DNA of 64,000 nucleotides from an uncultured delta proteobacterium (lineage in GTDB: Bacteria > Myxococcota_A > Polyangia > Fen-1088), in assembly GCA_963767925.1 (NCBI GenBank), contig CAVYGB010000008.1, positions 3,232,001-3,296,000 on the forward strand, read 5' to 3'. The stretch's first letter is position 1. Each line of letters begins with the position of its first letter. Below, one piece after another: positions 10,276 to 19,889 of this stretch. The translations under genes and the position numbers were made by a program. Under the pieces are notes generated by a model, which was not told the origin of the DNA, searched no databases, and saw only the letters and a program-made list of their open reading frames with translations.

Positions 10276-12077
10276 CCGAGGTTCCTCCGCTTCATCTCTG
10301 CCGCCAGGTAGTCGCAGGACCGCCAGCAGAGCGCCATGATCGTCCAGGTGGGGTTCTGGCAGCCGGCGCTCACGTGGCTGGAACCGTCAACGACGAACAG
10401 GTTCTTCACGTCGTGGGACTGCTGGTACTGATTGAGGACGGAGGTCTTGGGGTCCGACCCCATGCGGGCGGTGCCGAGCTCGTGGATCGACCAGCCCACC
10501 GGCCGGATCCCGCCCCGGGCGTCGAGGATCTCGATGCCGGCGTCCTCGAACATCTCCCGGGCGGTGGCGGCCATGTCCTCGGCCATCTTCTTCTCGTTCT
10601 CCCCGAACTCGATGTTGAAGCGCAGCACGGGGATGCCCCAGCGGTCCTTGACCTGGGGATCGAGGGCGACGTGGTTCTCGTAGCGGGCCAGCACCTCGCC
10701 GAAGCCGCCCATGCCGATGGTGGCGCCGGCCTCGTCGCGCACCCGCTTCTTCCAGGCCCGCCCGAAGCCGGGCAGGCGGTTGGCCGTGCTGGCCCCGCTG
10801 CCCATCCCCATCCCGCTGCCCCCCTCGAAGCCGTAGCCCTTGACGAAGCCGCGCTGCTTGTCCTCCTTGCTCCGCTGCTTGCTGAGGTTGCGGAACTGGG
10901 GGATGTAAAAGCCGCCCGGCTTGCCGTCGTCGTTGGTGCGGGGCTTGCCCACCAGATCCTTGAGCAGGCCGCTCACCCCCGGGCCCATGAGGTGCTCGCA
11001 GAAGTTGTGGCCCACGTGTGAGCTGGAGTTGCCGATCCCGTTGGGGTGCTGGGCCGACTTCGACAGCAGCAGCAGGCGGGCCGACTCCAGGGTCGAGGCC
11101 GCCACCACCACCACCTTGCCCTTGGCCTCGTAGCTCTTGCGGGACTCGCTGTCGATGAACCCCACCCCCCGGGCCTTGCCGGTGTTCTTGTCGACCAGGA
11201 CCTCGTGCACGGTGGCGTCGGTGCGCAGGGTGAGGCGCCCGGTCTCCATGGCCGGGTAGATGAGGCCGGTGGGCGAGTCGAAGGAGGCGTGGATGTCGCA
11301 GCCCCCCACCCGGCGGCTGCAGGCCCCCCGCCCCCAGCAGCGGCTGCGGTACTTGTTGCCCTTGATCCCCTCGGTTGTGACGCCGGCCCGGTAGGGAGTG
11401 AGCACCCGCCCCTGGCCCGCCAGCTTGCGCCGCAGGTGCAGCTCGGCCGCGGTCAGCTTGATGGGGCGCTGGAAGATGCCGTCGGGCACGTGGGCCAGCC
11501 CCTCGGCGTGGCCGCTGATCCCGAGCAGGCGGTCGACCCGATCGTAGTAGGGCCCCACGTCGGCGTAGGAGATGGGCCAGTCCTCGCCGTGCCCGTCGTG
11601 GCTCTTGCCCTTGAACTCGTTGTCCGACATCCGCAGGGCCAGGCGGCCCCACAGGTTGGTCTTGCCGCCCAGCACGCGGGCCCGCACCCAGGCGTAGCGG
11701 GTGCCGGTGAAGGGGTGGTCCTTCTCGTCGACGAGGAGGTTCTTGCTGTAGTCCGAGCTGCCGCTGTTCTGCAGATAGGAGAAGACCTTCTCGAAGGGGG
11801 TCCCCTTGGTGTAAGGCGGCTCGCGCACGGCGTATTCGTTCATCGAGACGGCGCCGTAGCTGGGGGGCATCTTGCCCCGCCGGGGATGCTCCCAGGGCCA
11901 CTCCATCGAGCGCAGCTCCTCCTCGACGTTGAGGCGTTTGCCCGCCTCCAGCAGCAACACGTCGAGGCCGTGGTTGGTGAGCACGTAGGCGGCCATGCCG
12001 CCGGCCGCGCCCGACCCCACCACCACCACGTCGTATGTCCGGGTGAGATCCGCTTCCTTGACGCCAGCGTCGGCCAC
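10272..12077 (-). CDS. GMC family FAD oxidoreductase (sugar/glycoside dehydrogenase large subunit)
   Basis: GSGAAG FAD motif, LGGKTNLWG, DWPISY, Cys-rich segment (RCWGRGAC...GC), HELGTARMG, NPTWT. Confidence 0.9.
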   Translation of the reverse strand: MADAGVKEADLTRTYDVVVVGSGAAGGMAAYVLTNHGLDVLLLEAGKRLNVEEELRSMEWPWEHPRRGKMPPSYGAVSMNEYAVREPPYTKGTPFEKVFSYLQNSGSSDYSKNLLVDEKDHPFTGTRYAWVRARVLGGKTNLWGRLALRMSDNEFKGKSHDGHGEDWPISYADVGPYYDRVDRLLGISGHAEGLAHVPDGIFQRPIKLTAAELHLRRKLAGQGRVLTPYRAGVTTEGIKGNKYRSRCWGRGACSRRVGGCDIHASFDSPTGLIYPAMETGRLTLRTDATVHEVLVDKNTGKARGVGFIDSESRKSYEAKGKVVVVAASTLESARLLLLSKSAQHPNGIGNSSSHVGHNFCEHLMGPGVSGLLKDLVGKPRTNDDGKPGGFYIPQFRNLSKQRSKEDKQRGFVKGYGFEGGSGMGMGSGASTANRLPGFGRAWKKRVRDEAGATIGMGGFGEVLARYENHVALDPQVKDRWGIPVLRFNIEFGENEKKMAEDMAATAREMFEDAGIEILDARGGIRPVGWSIHELGTARMGSDPKTSVLNQYQQSHDVKNLFVVDGSSHVSAGCQNPTWTIMALCWRSCDYLAAEMKRRNLG

Positions 12078-12088
12078 TTCGATCTCCG

Positions 12089-14767
12089 TCAGGGTGAGAG
12101 GTTGAGCCCGCTGAGCTCCACCGCGGGCCAGGCCGAGCCCAGATCCTGGGCCCGGAAGGTGGCGCTGATGGTCCGTTTTTCACCGGGCAGCAGCGAGAGG
12201 TAATTGTCCTGCCAGAGCACGGGCAAGATCTCCTCGCCCCTCGGACCCTTGGTGGCCTTGAGGCGCACGAAGAAGGCCAGGGTCGAGCTGGGGTTCTCCA
12301 GGTTGACGGTCGTGATCACCTCGGCCCCCCGGCGGGCGGTTCGGTTCTGCATCTTGAGCTTCACCTTCGGCAGCTTGGCCAGGGCGGTCAGGTCGGCGAA
12401 GCTCCTGGTCGGCGTGAGGTACCACTCGGACTTGTCCCAGTCCATCACGTCGGCCTTGGTGGGGAGCCAGTAGAGGTTCGAGCCCACCCGGCGGCCCCGG
12501 GCGTCCTCGAGCGAGAGGTGCACGAAGTAGGTCGGGCTCAGGCCGGTGAGCTGGGGCAACGTGATCACCTTCTGGGTGCTGTCGGGGCCGGCGTCGAAGG
12601 TGGTGGTCTGGGTGAACTTCTCGCTCATGTCGAGGTTGAGGACCCGGGCGGTGAGGCGGAGGCCCTTCTCCTCCTGGTACTTGCTGTTGACCACCCAGAT
12701 CGCCCGGTCGTCGTAGCCGTACAGGGGGTGCAGGGGCTCGAGGGCGATCTTGGCCCCGAAGTACCCGCCACCCGGACGCATGTAGTAGTCGTAGAGGTGC
12801 CAGATCAACCCCGGCCAGGCGTTGTTGAGCATCCACTGGATGACGCCGGTCGAGCCGTATTTGTTGCGGCTGTAGGCCTCGAACATCGCCCGGATGCCCT
12901 CGTAGGCCATGATCTGCGACTTGGCGGCGAAGTCCTCCACCGTCTCGGCGGTGCCGTAGCGGGCGTTGAGGGCGTTGGTGAACTTCTTGATGTCGGTGAA
13001 CACGTCGCCGCCGGCATGAAAGTCCCAGACCTCGTTCTGGGGCCAGAGCTTGTCGGGGGGGAACATCTTGCGCAGGCTCTCGATGGGCGGCGGCGCTGGA
13101 CCGGGGCTGGTCTCGCTGTTGAACCCGTAGGCCCCGCCGCGCTTGGAGTCCTCCATCCAGTACTGGGGCGGGATCCACTCGTAGGGGCCGGTCATCTTGA
13201 CCCCGCTTTCGCCCGAGAGAGGGGTGGGCTTGGCGGTGGCCGAGGAGACGACCGGGTTGGGCCAGCGCAGCTCCTCCTCGACCCGCAGGTACATCTTCTC
13301 CACCTCGGGCGGCGGGGGAAAGTCGCTGCCGTTGAGCCACATCACCGGGCTGGCCCGGCCGCGCAGCCGGTAGATCTGGCTGCGCAGGGACTTCTCGGCG
13401 ACCACGTGGTCCTCCGGCTTCCACTTGTCCCACTTCTCCCAGTGGTCGCAGCAACACCAGCCGGTCATCACGAGGATGCCCATGCGGTCGGTGAGGTCGA
13501 AGAAGTGCTCGGGCTCGAGCTTGCCCTCCTGGCGGACGGTGTTGAGGCCCATGTCGCGCACGTAGCGGAGCTGGTCCTCGATCTTCTTGCTGTCGTAGGT
13601 CAGCAACATGTCCGACGACCAGCCCGCCCCCCGGATGAGGACCTTCTTGCCGTTGATGGTGAAGACCCGCTTCTTGTCGGCGTTCAGCTCCGACTTGACC
13701 TCGCGGATGCCGACCTTGCTCGTGACGGTGTGGGCCAGCTTGCCCCCCACCTCGAACCGCATCGTCAGGTCGTAGAGGTGGGGCTCACCCATCTGCAGCG
13801 GCCACCAGAGCCGGGGCCGCTCCATCTTGAGCTGGTTGTACTGGGTGGGGGTGAAGGTCACGTCCTTCTTCTCGTTTGGCCCCAGCGTGACGTCCTGCTC
13901 GAAGCTGATCTTGTCGATGCGCCCCTTGAGCTTGCCGGTGAGGGGCGCGGCGGTGGCGTTCTGGACCAGCGCGGTCACGGTCAGCAGGGCGCTGTCGTTG
14001 TCGGGCTCGTTGACGTCGGCGAACACCGCCGGGTAGCGGACGGCGGCGGGGCCGCTGGTGCTGAGGTAGACCTCGCGCCACAGGCCCATCGATTTGTCGG
14101 GGGGGGCCGGGTTCCAGTCGACGAAGGTGATGGCGAGGTCGTTCTCCTTGGGGGTCCAGACCTGCACGGCGACGGCGTTCTGGGCGCCGGGCTTGATGTG
14201 TTCGGTGATGTTGAACTCGTAGGTGCGCAGGGCGCCGGCCGCCTCTTCCTGCCTGGCGATCTGCTGGCCGTTGACCCAGATGTTGGCCCGGTAGTTGATG
14301 CCGGCGAAGTGCAGCCAGACGCTCTGGCCCTTCCAGGCCGCCGGCACGGTGAACTGCTTGCGGTACCACCAGGGCACGGCGAAGGGGCTGTCGGCCGGCA
14401 TGGGGAACTTGGAGTAGTTCTTGCCGATCGGGTAGGCCATGCCCGGGTACGATCGGATGTTCATGCCGAAGTAGGGATCGGGGTAGACGTTGTTCTTGAC
14501 CAGGCCCCCCACCACGGTGCTCGGCACCGTGACGGGATACCAGCCCTCGGGCTTGTATCCGGCGGTGGCGATCCGATCGCCCGGATCCTTGATCTTGGCC
14601 GACGACTGCAGGCTCCAGCCCTCGGCCAGCGGCTGCACCGCCGCGGCGGCCGGGCCGGCCAGGGTCAGCAGGGCGAGGAGACCGGAGAACGAGGCGGCGG
14701 CGCGCGCGGGGCGGCCGGCGTGGGCGGAGACTGGCTCGCGCCGCGGGGCAATCACGGACTGACTCAT
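12089..14767 (-). CDS. GH2 glycoside hydrolase, exo-beta-D-glucosaminidase (CsxA-like), secreted
   Basis: WVNG, DWNP.PPD, GLNTVRQEGK, GWCCCD, WLNGSD (Asp acid/base), FNSETSPG (Glu nucleophile), WMLNNAWP. Confidence 0.8.
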   Translation of the reverse strand: MSQSVIAPRREPVSAHAGRPARAAASFSGLLALLTLAGPAAAAVQPLAEGWSLQSSAKIKDPGDRIATAGYKPEGWYPVTVPSTVVGGLVKNNVYPDPYFGMNIRSYPGMAYPIGKNYSKFPMPADSPFAVPWWYRKQFTVPAAWKGQSVWLHFAGINYRANIWVNGQQIARQEEAAGALRTYEFNITEHIKPGAQNAVAVQVWTPKENDLAITFVDWNPAPPDKSMGLWREVYLSTSGPAAVRYPAVFADVNEPDNDSALLTVTALVQNATAAPLTGKLKGRIDKISFEQDVTLGPNEKKDVTFTPTQYNQLKMERPRLWWPLQMGEPHLYDLTMRFEVGGKLAHTVTSKVGIREVKSELNADKKRVFTINGKKVLIRGAGWSSDMLLTYDSKKIEDQLRYVRDMGLNTVRQEGKLEPEHFFDLTDRMGILVMTGWCCCDHWEKWDKWKPEDHVVAEKSLRSQIYRLRGRASPVMWLNGSDFPPPPEVEKMYLRVEEELRWPNPVVSSATAKPTPLSGESGVKMTGPYEWIPPQYWMEDSKRGGAYGFNSETSPGPAPPPIESLRKMFPPDKLWPQNEVWDFHAGGDVFTDIKKFTNALNARYGTAETVEDFAAKSQIMAYEGIRAMFEAYSRNKYGSTGVIQWMLNNAWPGLIWHLYDYYMRPGGGYFGAKIALEPLHPLYGYDDRAIWVVNSKYQEEKGLRLTARVLNLDMSEKFTQTTTFDAGPDSTQKVITLPQLTGLSPTYFVHLSLEDARGRRVGSNLYWLPTKADVMDWDKSEWYLTPTRSFADLTALAKLPKVKLKMQNRTARRGAEVITTVNLENPSSTLAFFVRLKATKGPRGEEILPVLWQDNYLSLLPGEKRTISATFRAQDLGSAWPAVELSGLNLSP

Positions 14768-14915
14768 CGAACGGAGGTCCTTTCGGGGGGGGGCGGTCCT
14801 AGAGCAGTGGCCGCTCCCGGGCATTCCGGCTCCCAGAGGGCGCAATTGGCGCCACTATAGAACGCGAAATGGCGCGCCCGGCAAGGGTGGCGGGCGCCCG
14901 GGCCCTCTTTTTACC

Positions 14916-15869
14916 TCACTCTTCGCAGACGCGGTTGCGGCCTTCGCCCTTGGCCCGGTAAAGAGCTTGATCGGCCGCCGAGAGCAGCGCCGCCGGCGAT
15001 TCGTGCATGTGGGGCGGCACGGCGGTGGCGATCCCGAAGCTCGAGGTGACGAGCAGCAGATTTTCCCCGAAGTAGACCGGGGTGTCTTCGAGCCGCTTGC
15101 GCATGCGCTCGGCCACCGCCCGGGCCCCTTCCCGGCCCTCGCTGCGGACGATGACGCCGAACTCCTCGCCCCCCAGGCGGCAGGCCACGTCCTCCTGCCG
15201 CACGCAGCGCTTGATCAGGCGCGACACGTGGCGCAGCACCTCGTCGCCCGCGGGGTGGCCGAAGTCGTCGTTGACCCGCTTGAACAGGTCGAGGTCGCTG
15301 AGGATGATCGACAGCGGCCGCTGGTGGCGGGTGGAGAAGGCGTGCTCCTCGCGCAGGCGCTGATCGAAGAAGCGCCGGTTGTAAAGCTCGGTGAGGGGGT
15401 CCCGCATGGAGGACTCGTAGAGCTGGCGGGCGGCGTGGCGCTCGAGGGGGTCCTGCCGGGAGACGCTCAACACGGTGTGCCGGCCGAGGTGGATGCGGGA
15501 GCCCTCCTGCAGGCGGCAACGGCCCCGCACGATCTCCCCGTCGACGAAGGTGCCGTTGCTGCTCTCGAGATCCTCGATGTAGAGGCGTTCGCCCTCCGGC
15601 TCGGCCACCTTGAGGATGCGGCAGTGCCGGCGGGACAGCCCGGGATCGTTGAGGACCAGCGAGCAGGTCTCTCCCCGCCCCAGCACCGTCTCCCGCTCGT
15701 CGACCTCGCGGGCCAGGCCCATCTGGGGGCCGGCCAGGGCGGTCAACATGAACTGCCGCTCGAACTTCAGCCCGGCGCTGCTGGGCGCCGCGGACTCGAA
15801 GACGTCGGTCCCCTCCTCCCCGAAGCCAGCGAGAAACTGTGGAGAAGCTTCCTGCTTGTCCTCACCCAC
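14916..15869 (-). CDS. FHA-domain diguanylate cyclase
   Basis: FHA motifs (LGRG, SRRH, DLESSNGTFV), DPLTELYNR, I-site RQED, GGEEF. Confidence 0.9.
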   Translation of the reverse strand: MGEDKQEASPQFLAGFGEEGTDVFESAAPSSAGLKFERQFMLTALAGPQMGLAREVDERETVLGRGETCSLVLNDPGLSRRHCRILKVAEPEGERLYIEDLESSNGTFVDGEIVRGRCRLQEGSRIHLGRHTVLSVSRQDPLERHAARQLYESSMRDPLTELYNRRFFDQRLREEHAFSTRHQRPLSIILSDLDLFKRVNDDFGHPAGDEVLRHVSRLIKRCVRQEDVACRLGGEEFGVIVRSEGREGARAVAERMRKRLEDTPVYFGENLLLVTSSFGIATAVPPHMHESPAALLSAADQALYRAKGEGRNRVCEE

Positions 15870-15891
15870 GAACGTTCGACCTCCCCGGTAA

Positions 15892-17190
15892 TCATATACG
15901 GTTCCCGTGCTCCGCGTGGGTCACGCGCGCCGCGGGGACCCCCGGATGGCGCGCGCCAGCCGTCTGACGCAGGTGGGGCGGTGCGGACAGAGCCCCCCGC
16001 TCGCCTACCCCGTCACGTACATCTTGCTGGCCGCGCGACAGGCGCAGCCCCAGCGCCAGCGCCACGCTGAGGGCCACGGCGGCCGCCGCGCCGGTGAGCG
16101 CCCAGCGCAGCCGCCGCTTCTTTCCGCTGGGAGAGGCCTCGCTCCCCGGCCGCGGGCGGCGCTCCACCACCGTGACCCGCTTGGTCTCGGGGTGGGTGAA
16201 CACGCGCGCGGTGACCTCCAGCAAGCCCGCGCCCGCCGGCTGCTCGCGGCCCGGCTCGATGCCCTGCTCACGCAGAAAGCCAGCGGTCCGCATCCGGTCC
16301 CAGGCGAAGCGGGTCACCACCTCGGTCAGCTCGGCGGCGAAGGTGTCGGCGGTGTCGTAGCGACAGGACCGCTCGCGGGCCAGGGCCCGGCCCACGATCC
16401 GGTCGAGCTCGGCCGGGACGCCCGCCCGCTCGCGCGAGGGGGGACGCACCTTGCAGGCGCGCACCAGGGCCATGGTGTGCCGGTCGTCGTGGGCCCGGAA
16501 CAGGCGGCGGGCGGTCAGAAGCTCGTGCAGCAGGACGCCTGCGGCAAAGATGTCCGTCCGCCCGTCGAGCTCGAGCTCCCCCTCGAGGGCCTCGGGCGAC
16601 ATGTAGGCCACCTTCCCCTTGAGCGATCCGTTGCTCGGCTGCTCGGCCGGGCGCGCGCCCGCCATGGCCACCCCGAAGTCCACCAGCTTGACGCTGCCGT
16701 CGTAGCCGACCATGACGTTCGAGGGGCTGACGTCCCGGTGGATGATGGACAGGGGGTTTCCCTCCTCGTCCTTCAGGGCGTGGGCGTAGGCCAGGGCCAG
16801 CGCCACCTCCCGCACGAGGTAGGTGGCCATGCCGACCGGCACGGGCACGCCGTCGAGCCGCTTGAGCAGCTCGGCCAGGTTGACCCCGTGGACGTATTCC
16901 ATGGCCAGGTACAGCTCGCCCTCGTTCTCGGCGAACTCGAAGACCTGCACGATGTTGCTGTGGTTGAGCTGGGCCGAGAGCAGGGCCTCGGCGGTGAACA
17001 TCGCCACCAGCTCGGGGTCGAGGCAAAGGTGGGGCAAGATGCGCTTGACGACTACCAGTCGCTGGAAGTTCTGGGCGCCGTGGATGCGCGCCTTCCAGAT
17101 CTCCGCCATGCCGCCGCGGCCGATGGGCCGGATGAGCGTGTAGCGCCCGAACCGTCGGGCAATGGAGATCCTGCCCTCTGCTTCCGTCAC
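15892..17190 (-). CDS. Hanks-type Ser/Thr protein kinase with C-terminal TM segment
   Basis: GRGGMAE, VVKR, HRDVSPSN, DFG, YMSPE; start codon approximate. Confidence 0.9.
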   Translation of the reverse strand: MTEAEGRISIARRFGRYTLIRPIGRGGMAEIWKARIHGAQNFQRLVVVKRILPHLCLDPELVAMFTAEALLSAQLNHSNIVQVFEFAENEGELYLAMEYVHGVNLAELLKRLDGVPVPVGMATYLVREVALALAYAHALKDEEGNPLSIIHRDVSPSNVMVGYDGSVKLVDFGVAMAGARPAEQPSNGSLKGKVAYMSPEALEGELELDGRTDIFAAGVLLHELLTARRLFRAHDDRHTMALVRACKVRPPSRERAGVPAELDRIVGRALARERSCRYDTADTFAAELTEVVTRFAWDRMRTAGFLREQGIEPGREQPAGAGLLEVTARVFTHPETKRVTVVERRPRPGSEASPSGKKRRLRWALTGAAAAVALSVALALGLRLSRGQQDVRDGVGERGALSAPPHLRQTAGARHPGVPAARVTHAEHGNRI

Positions 17191-17494
17191 CGGACCCCCT
17201 CGCTGAGAACCCGCTCTGCCAAGCCAGCGTCTTGCCGGTTTCGACACCGCGGGGCCCCGGAAGTTAACACAGGCCTCCGGGCTTGAAACCGCCAACCTCG
17301 TCGGTCCCACCCTGATCCGTGGGCCTGATGGCGATGCCCCCGAGACGCATGCGCAACGAGAACGAGGGACCTTCGATCGGCGTCCCCGGACCGGTATCAT
17401 CTGAGTCGACACCCGCCCGTCGCGGAGGCCGGAGAAGCGCAGTTTTTCTCCGGGCCGATCCGGTGGTAAGCAGCGGGGACGGATTTACACCCAC

Positions 17495-19039
17495 ATGCCA
17501 CCCCAATTCGACGACGAGCAGCGAAGCGACACCCCCACCGAACCGGTCCGCAAGGGTGATCCATGCACGATCGTCATCTTCGGCGCCTCGGGCGACCTCA
17601 CCAAACGCAAGCTGGCCCCCGCCCTCTACAACCTCTCCCGGGAGGGTTTGCTTCCCGATTCCCTCGCGGTCGTGGGCTATGCCCGCCGCGAGATCGACAA
17701 CGAGACCTTCCGGGAACGGATGCGGGCCGAGGTGGCCGAGCACACCGGGGGCGCGCTGGATGTCGAGGCCTGGCACCGACTCGAGCAGAGGCTCTATTAC
17801 CAGCGGGGGGATCTCGAGTCGGCCCCCCACTTCGCCGACCTGGAACGGACGCTGACCGAGCTCGAGACCCGCCACCAGACCCAGGGCAACATCCTCTTTT
17901 ACCTGGCCACCGCCCCCGACCTGTTCGCCCCGGTGGTGCGCCAGCTCGAGGCCCGCGGGCTGACCACCGAGACCGATCACCGCTGGCGGCGCGTGGTGGT
18001 GGAGAAGCCCTTCGGGCGGGACCTGGCCTCCGCGCGCGAGCTGAACCTGGAGCTGCGGCGCGCGCTCAAGGAGAGCCAGATCTACCGGATCGATCACTAC
18101 CTCGGGAAAGAGACCGTCCAGAACCTGCTGGTCTTCCGCTTCTCGAACGGGATCTTCGAGCCGATCTGGAACCGCCGCTACGTCGACCACGTCCAGATCA
18201 CCGTCTCGGAGACGCTGGGGGTGGAGGGGCGCGGCGGCTACTACGACCGCTCGGGCGCCCTGCGGGACATGGTGCCCAACCACATCTTCCAGCTCATCAG
18301 CCTGGTGGCGATGGAGCCGCCGATCTCCTTCGAGGCCGACGCCGTCCGCGACGAGCAGAGCAAGGTCCTGCGCGCGGTCAACCCGATGACCCCCGAGCAG
18401 GTGCTCCGCAGCGCCGTGCGCGGGCAATACGGGGCGGGGCGGTTCCAGGGGCGCGCGCTGGTCGACTACCGCCGCGAGCCCCAGGTCAATCCCCTCTCCA
18501 ACACCGAGACCTTCGTGGCGATGCGGCTCGAGATCGATAGCTGGCGCTGGAAGGGCGTCCCCTTTTACCTGCGGGTGGGCAAGGCCTTGCCGAAGCGCCT
18601 CTCCGAGATCGCGGTCGTGTTCCGCCGGCCTCCGTTTTCCCTGTTCCGCAACACCCCCATCGACAAGCTCGAGCCGAACCAGCTCGTGATCAACGTGCAG
18701 CCCGACGAGGGCATCCAGCTCACCTTCGGGGCCAAGAAGCCGGGGGCGGCCATGAACATCGGGCGGGTGGCCATGCGCTTCAACTACGCCGACTACTTCG
18801 GGCAGAAGCCGGCCACCGGCTACGAGCGGCTGCTCTACGACGCCCTGCTGGGCGACCAGACCCTGTTCCAGCGGGCCGACACGGTAGAGGCCGGCTGGAG
18901 CGTGGTGACCCCGTTGCTCGATGTGTGGCAGGCCTTGACCGCCCGCGACTACCCCAACTACGCGGCAGGCACCTGGGGGCCCAGCGCGGCCACCGAGCTG
19001 ATGGCCCGGGACGGCCGGGAGTGGCGCGACGGGCGCTGA
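17495..19039 (+). CDS. zwf: Glucose-6-phosphate 1-dehydrogenase
   Basis: GASGDLT, EKPFG, RIDHYLGKE. Confidence 0.97.
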   Translation: MPPQFDDEQRSDTPTEPVRKGDPCTIVIFGASGDLTKRKLAPALYNLSREGLLPDSLAVVGYARREIDNETFRERMRAEVAEHTGGALDVEAWHRLEQRLYYQRGDLESAPHFADLERTLTELETRHQTQGNILFYLATAPDLFAPVVRQLEARGLTTETDHRWRRVVVEKPFGRDLASARELNLELRRALKESQIYRIDHYLGKETVQNLLVFRFSNGIFEPIWNRRYVDHVQITVSETLGVEGRGGYYDRSGALRDMVPNHIFQLISLVAMEPPISFEADAVRDEQSKVLRAVNPMTPEQVLRSAVRGQYGAGRFQGRALVDYRREPQVNPLSNTETFVAMRLEIDSWRWKGVPFYLRVGKALPKRLSEIAVVFRRPPFSLFRNTPIDKLEPNQLVINVQPDEGIQLTFGAKKPGAAMNIGRVAMRFNYADYFGQKPATGYERLLYDALLGDQTLFQRADTVEAGWSVVTPLLDVWQALTARDYPNYAAGTWGPSAATELMARDGREWRDGR

Positions 19040-19125
19040 TCGATCCCGCGTCAACCCCGCCGGCCTTGCGGCGGGGTGACCGCCGTGACAGCGTCGCCCC
19101 TCCACTGCGAGGAGGAAGAAACGCC

Positions 19126-19647
19126 GTGTCGAAGCTCAGCCTGATCGGGACTCTGTCACTGGGGCTCTTCGCCCTCTCTGCTCGGGCCCAGGACAAGCCG
19201 GCGGCGCCTCCGCCCGCGCCGTCCGCCCCGGGCGCCGCCCCCGCCGCGGACAACCGCCCCAGGTGGGTGGTGGCCTGCGAAGGGGACGTCAAGAAGCTGT
19301 GCGCGGAGCAGGCCAAGTCCGGCGACGCCCGCCCCTGCCTGGCGGACAACGAGAAGGACCTCACCCAGGGCTGCAAGGACGCCTTCATCCGCCAGTACCG
19401 GATCGTCCAGCTCTGCAAGGACGACATCGAGAAGCTGTGTGGCGGGGCCAACGGCGACGGCCGGGCCATCGCCAAGTGCTTCAACGAGAAGCAGGATCAG
19501 CTCTCGCCAAAGTGCCGGGCCGCCCTCAGCCGCGGCTCGCGCGAGCACGACAAGGCCGAGGCCAAGACGGAGGCGGCGACCAAGCCGGCCGAGGAGGCCC
19601 CCAAGAAGAAGAAGGCCGTCAAGGTCAGCAAGCCCGCCGCCAACTAG
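19126..19647 (+). CDS. Secreted cysteine-rich repeat protein
   Basis: RBS GGAGGA, GTG start, signal peptide, two C-x2-D-x3-LC...C...C repeats, Lys-rich tail. Confidence 0.65.
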   Translation: MSKLSLIGTLSLGLFALSARAQDKPAAPPPAPSAPGAAPAADNRPRWVVACEGDVKKLCAEQAKSGDARPCLADNEKDLTQGCKDAFIRQYRIVQLCKDDIEKLCGGANGDGRAIAKCFNEKQDQLSPKCRAALSRGSREHDKAEAKTEAATKPAEEAPKKKKAVKVSKPAAN

Positions 19648-19692
19648 TGCGGTGAGGCACTAGGGATGTCCATTTGACGGACGCGTCCGTTC

Positions 19693-19800
19693 GCGTCCCC
19701 GTCCCCGTCCCCGGCGGCGTCCGCACGCTTGACTGAGCATTTCGACGACGCCGTGGCCCGGGTTGGTCCTGCTCTCCTGGCGCCTCGGGGACGGGGACGC
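19693..19800. repeat. 15-bp perfect inverted repeat built from GTCCCC units (REP-like) between convergent genes
   Basis: GCGTCCCCGTCCCCG at 19693-19707 and CGGGGACGGGGACGC at 19786-19800. Confidence 0.6.
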
Positions 19801-19889
19801 ATACGGCCACGCGCGCAGGCCCCTCCCAAATAGGGACACCCTGGCCCCGGCACACCGCGGGGAGAGGTGAGGTGACGCCCCGGTGGCCG

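Noticed and set aside
12518..14860. Long antisense and alternative-frame ORFs (also 36322-39039, 39046-41292, 41428-43593 and others)
   Set aside because: Shadow ORFs expected in high-GC DNA opposite genes with clear motifs.
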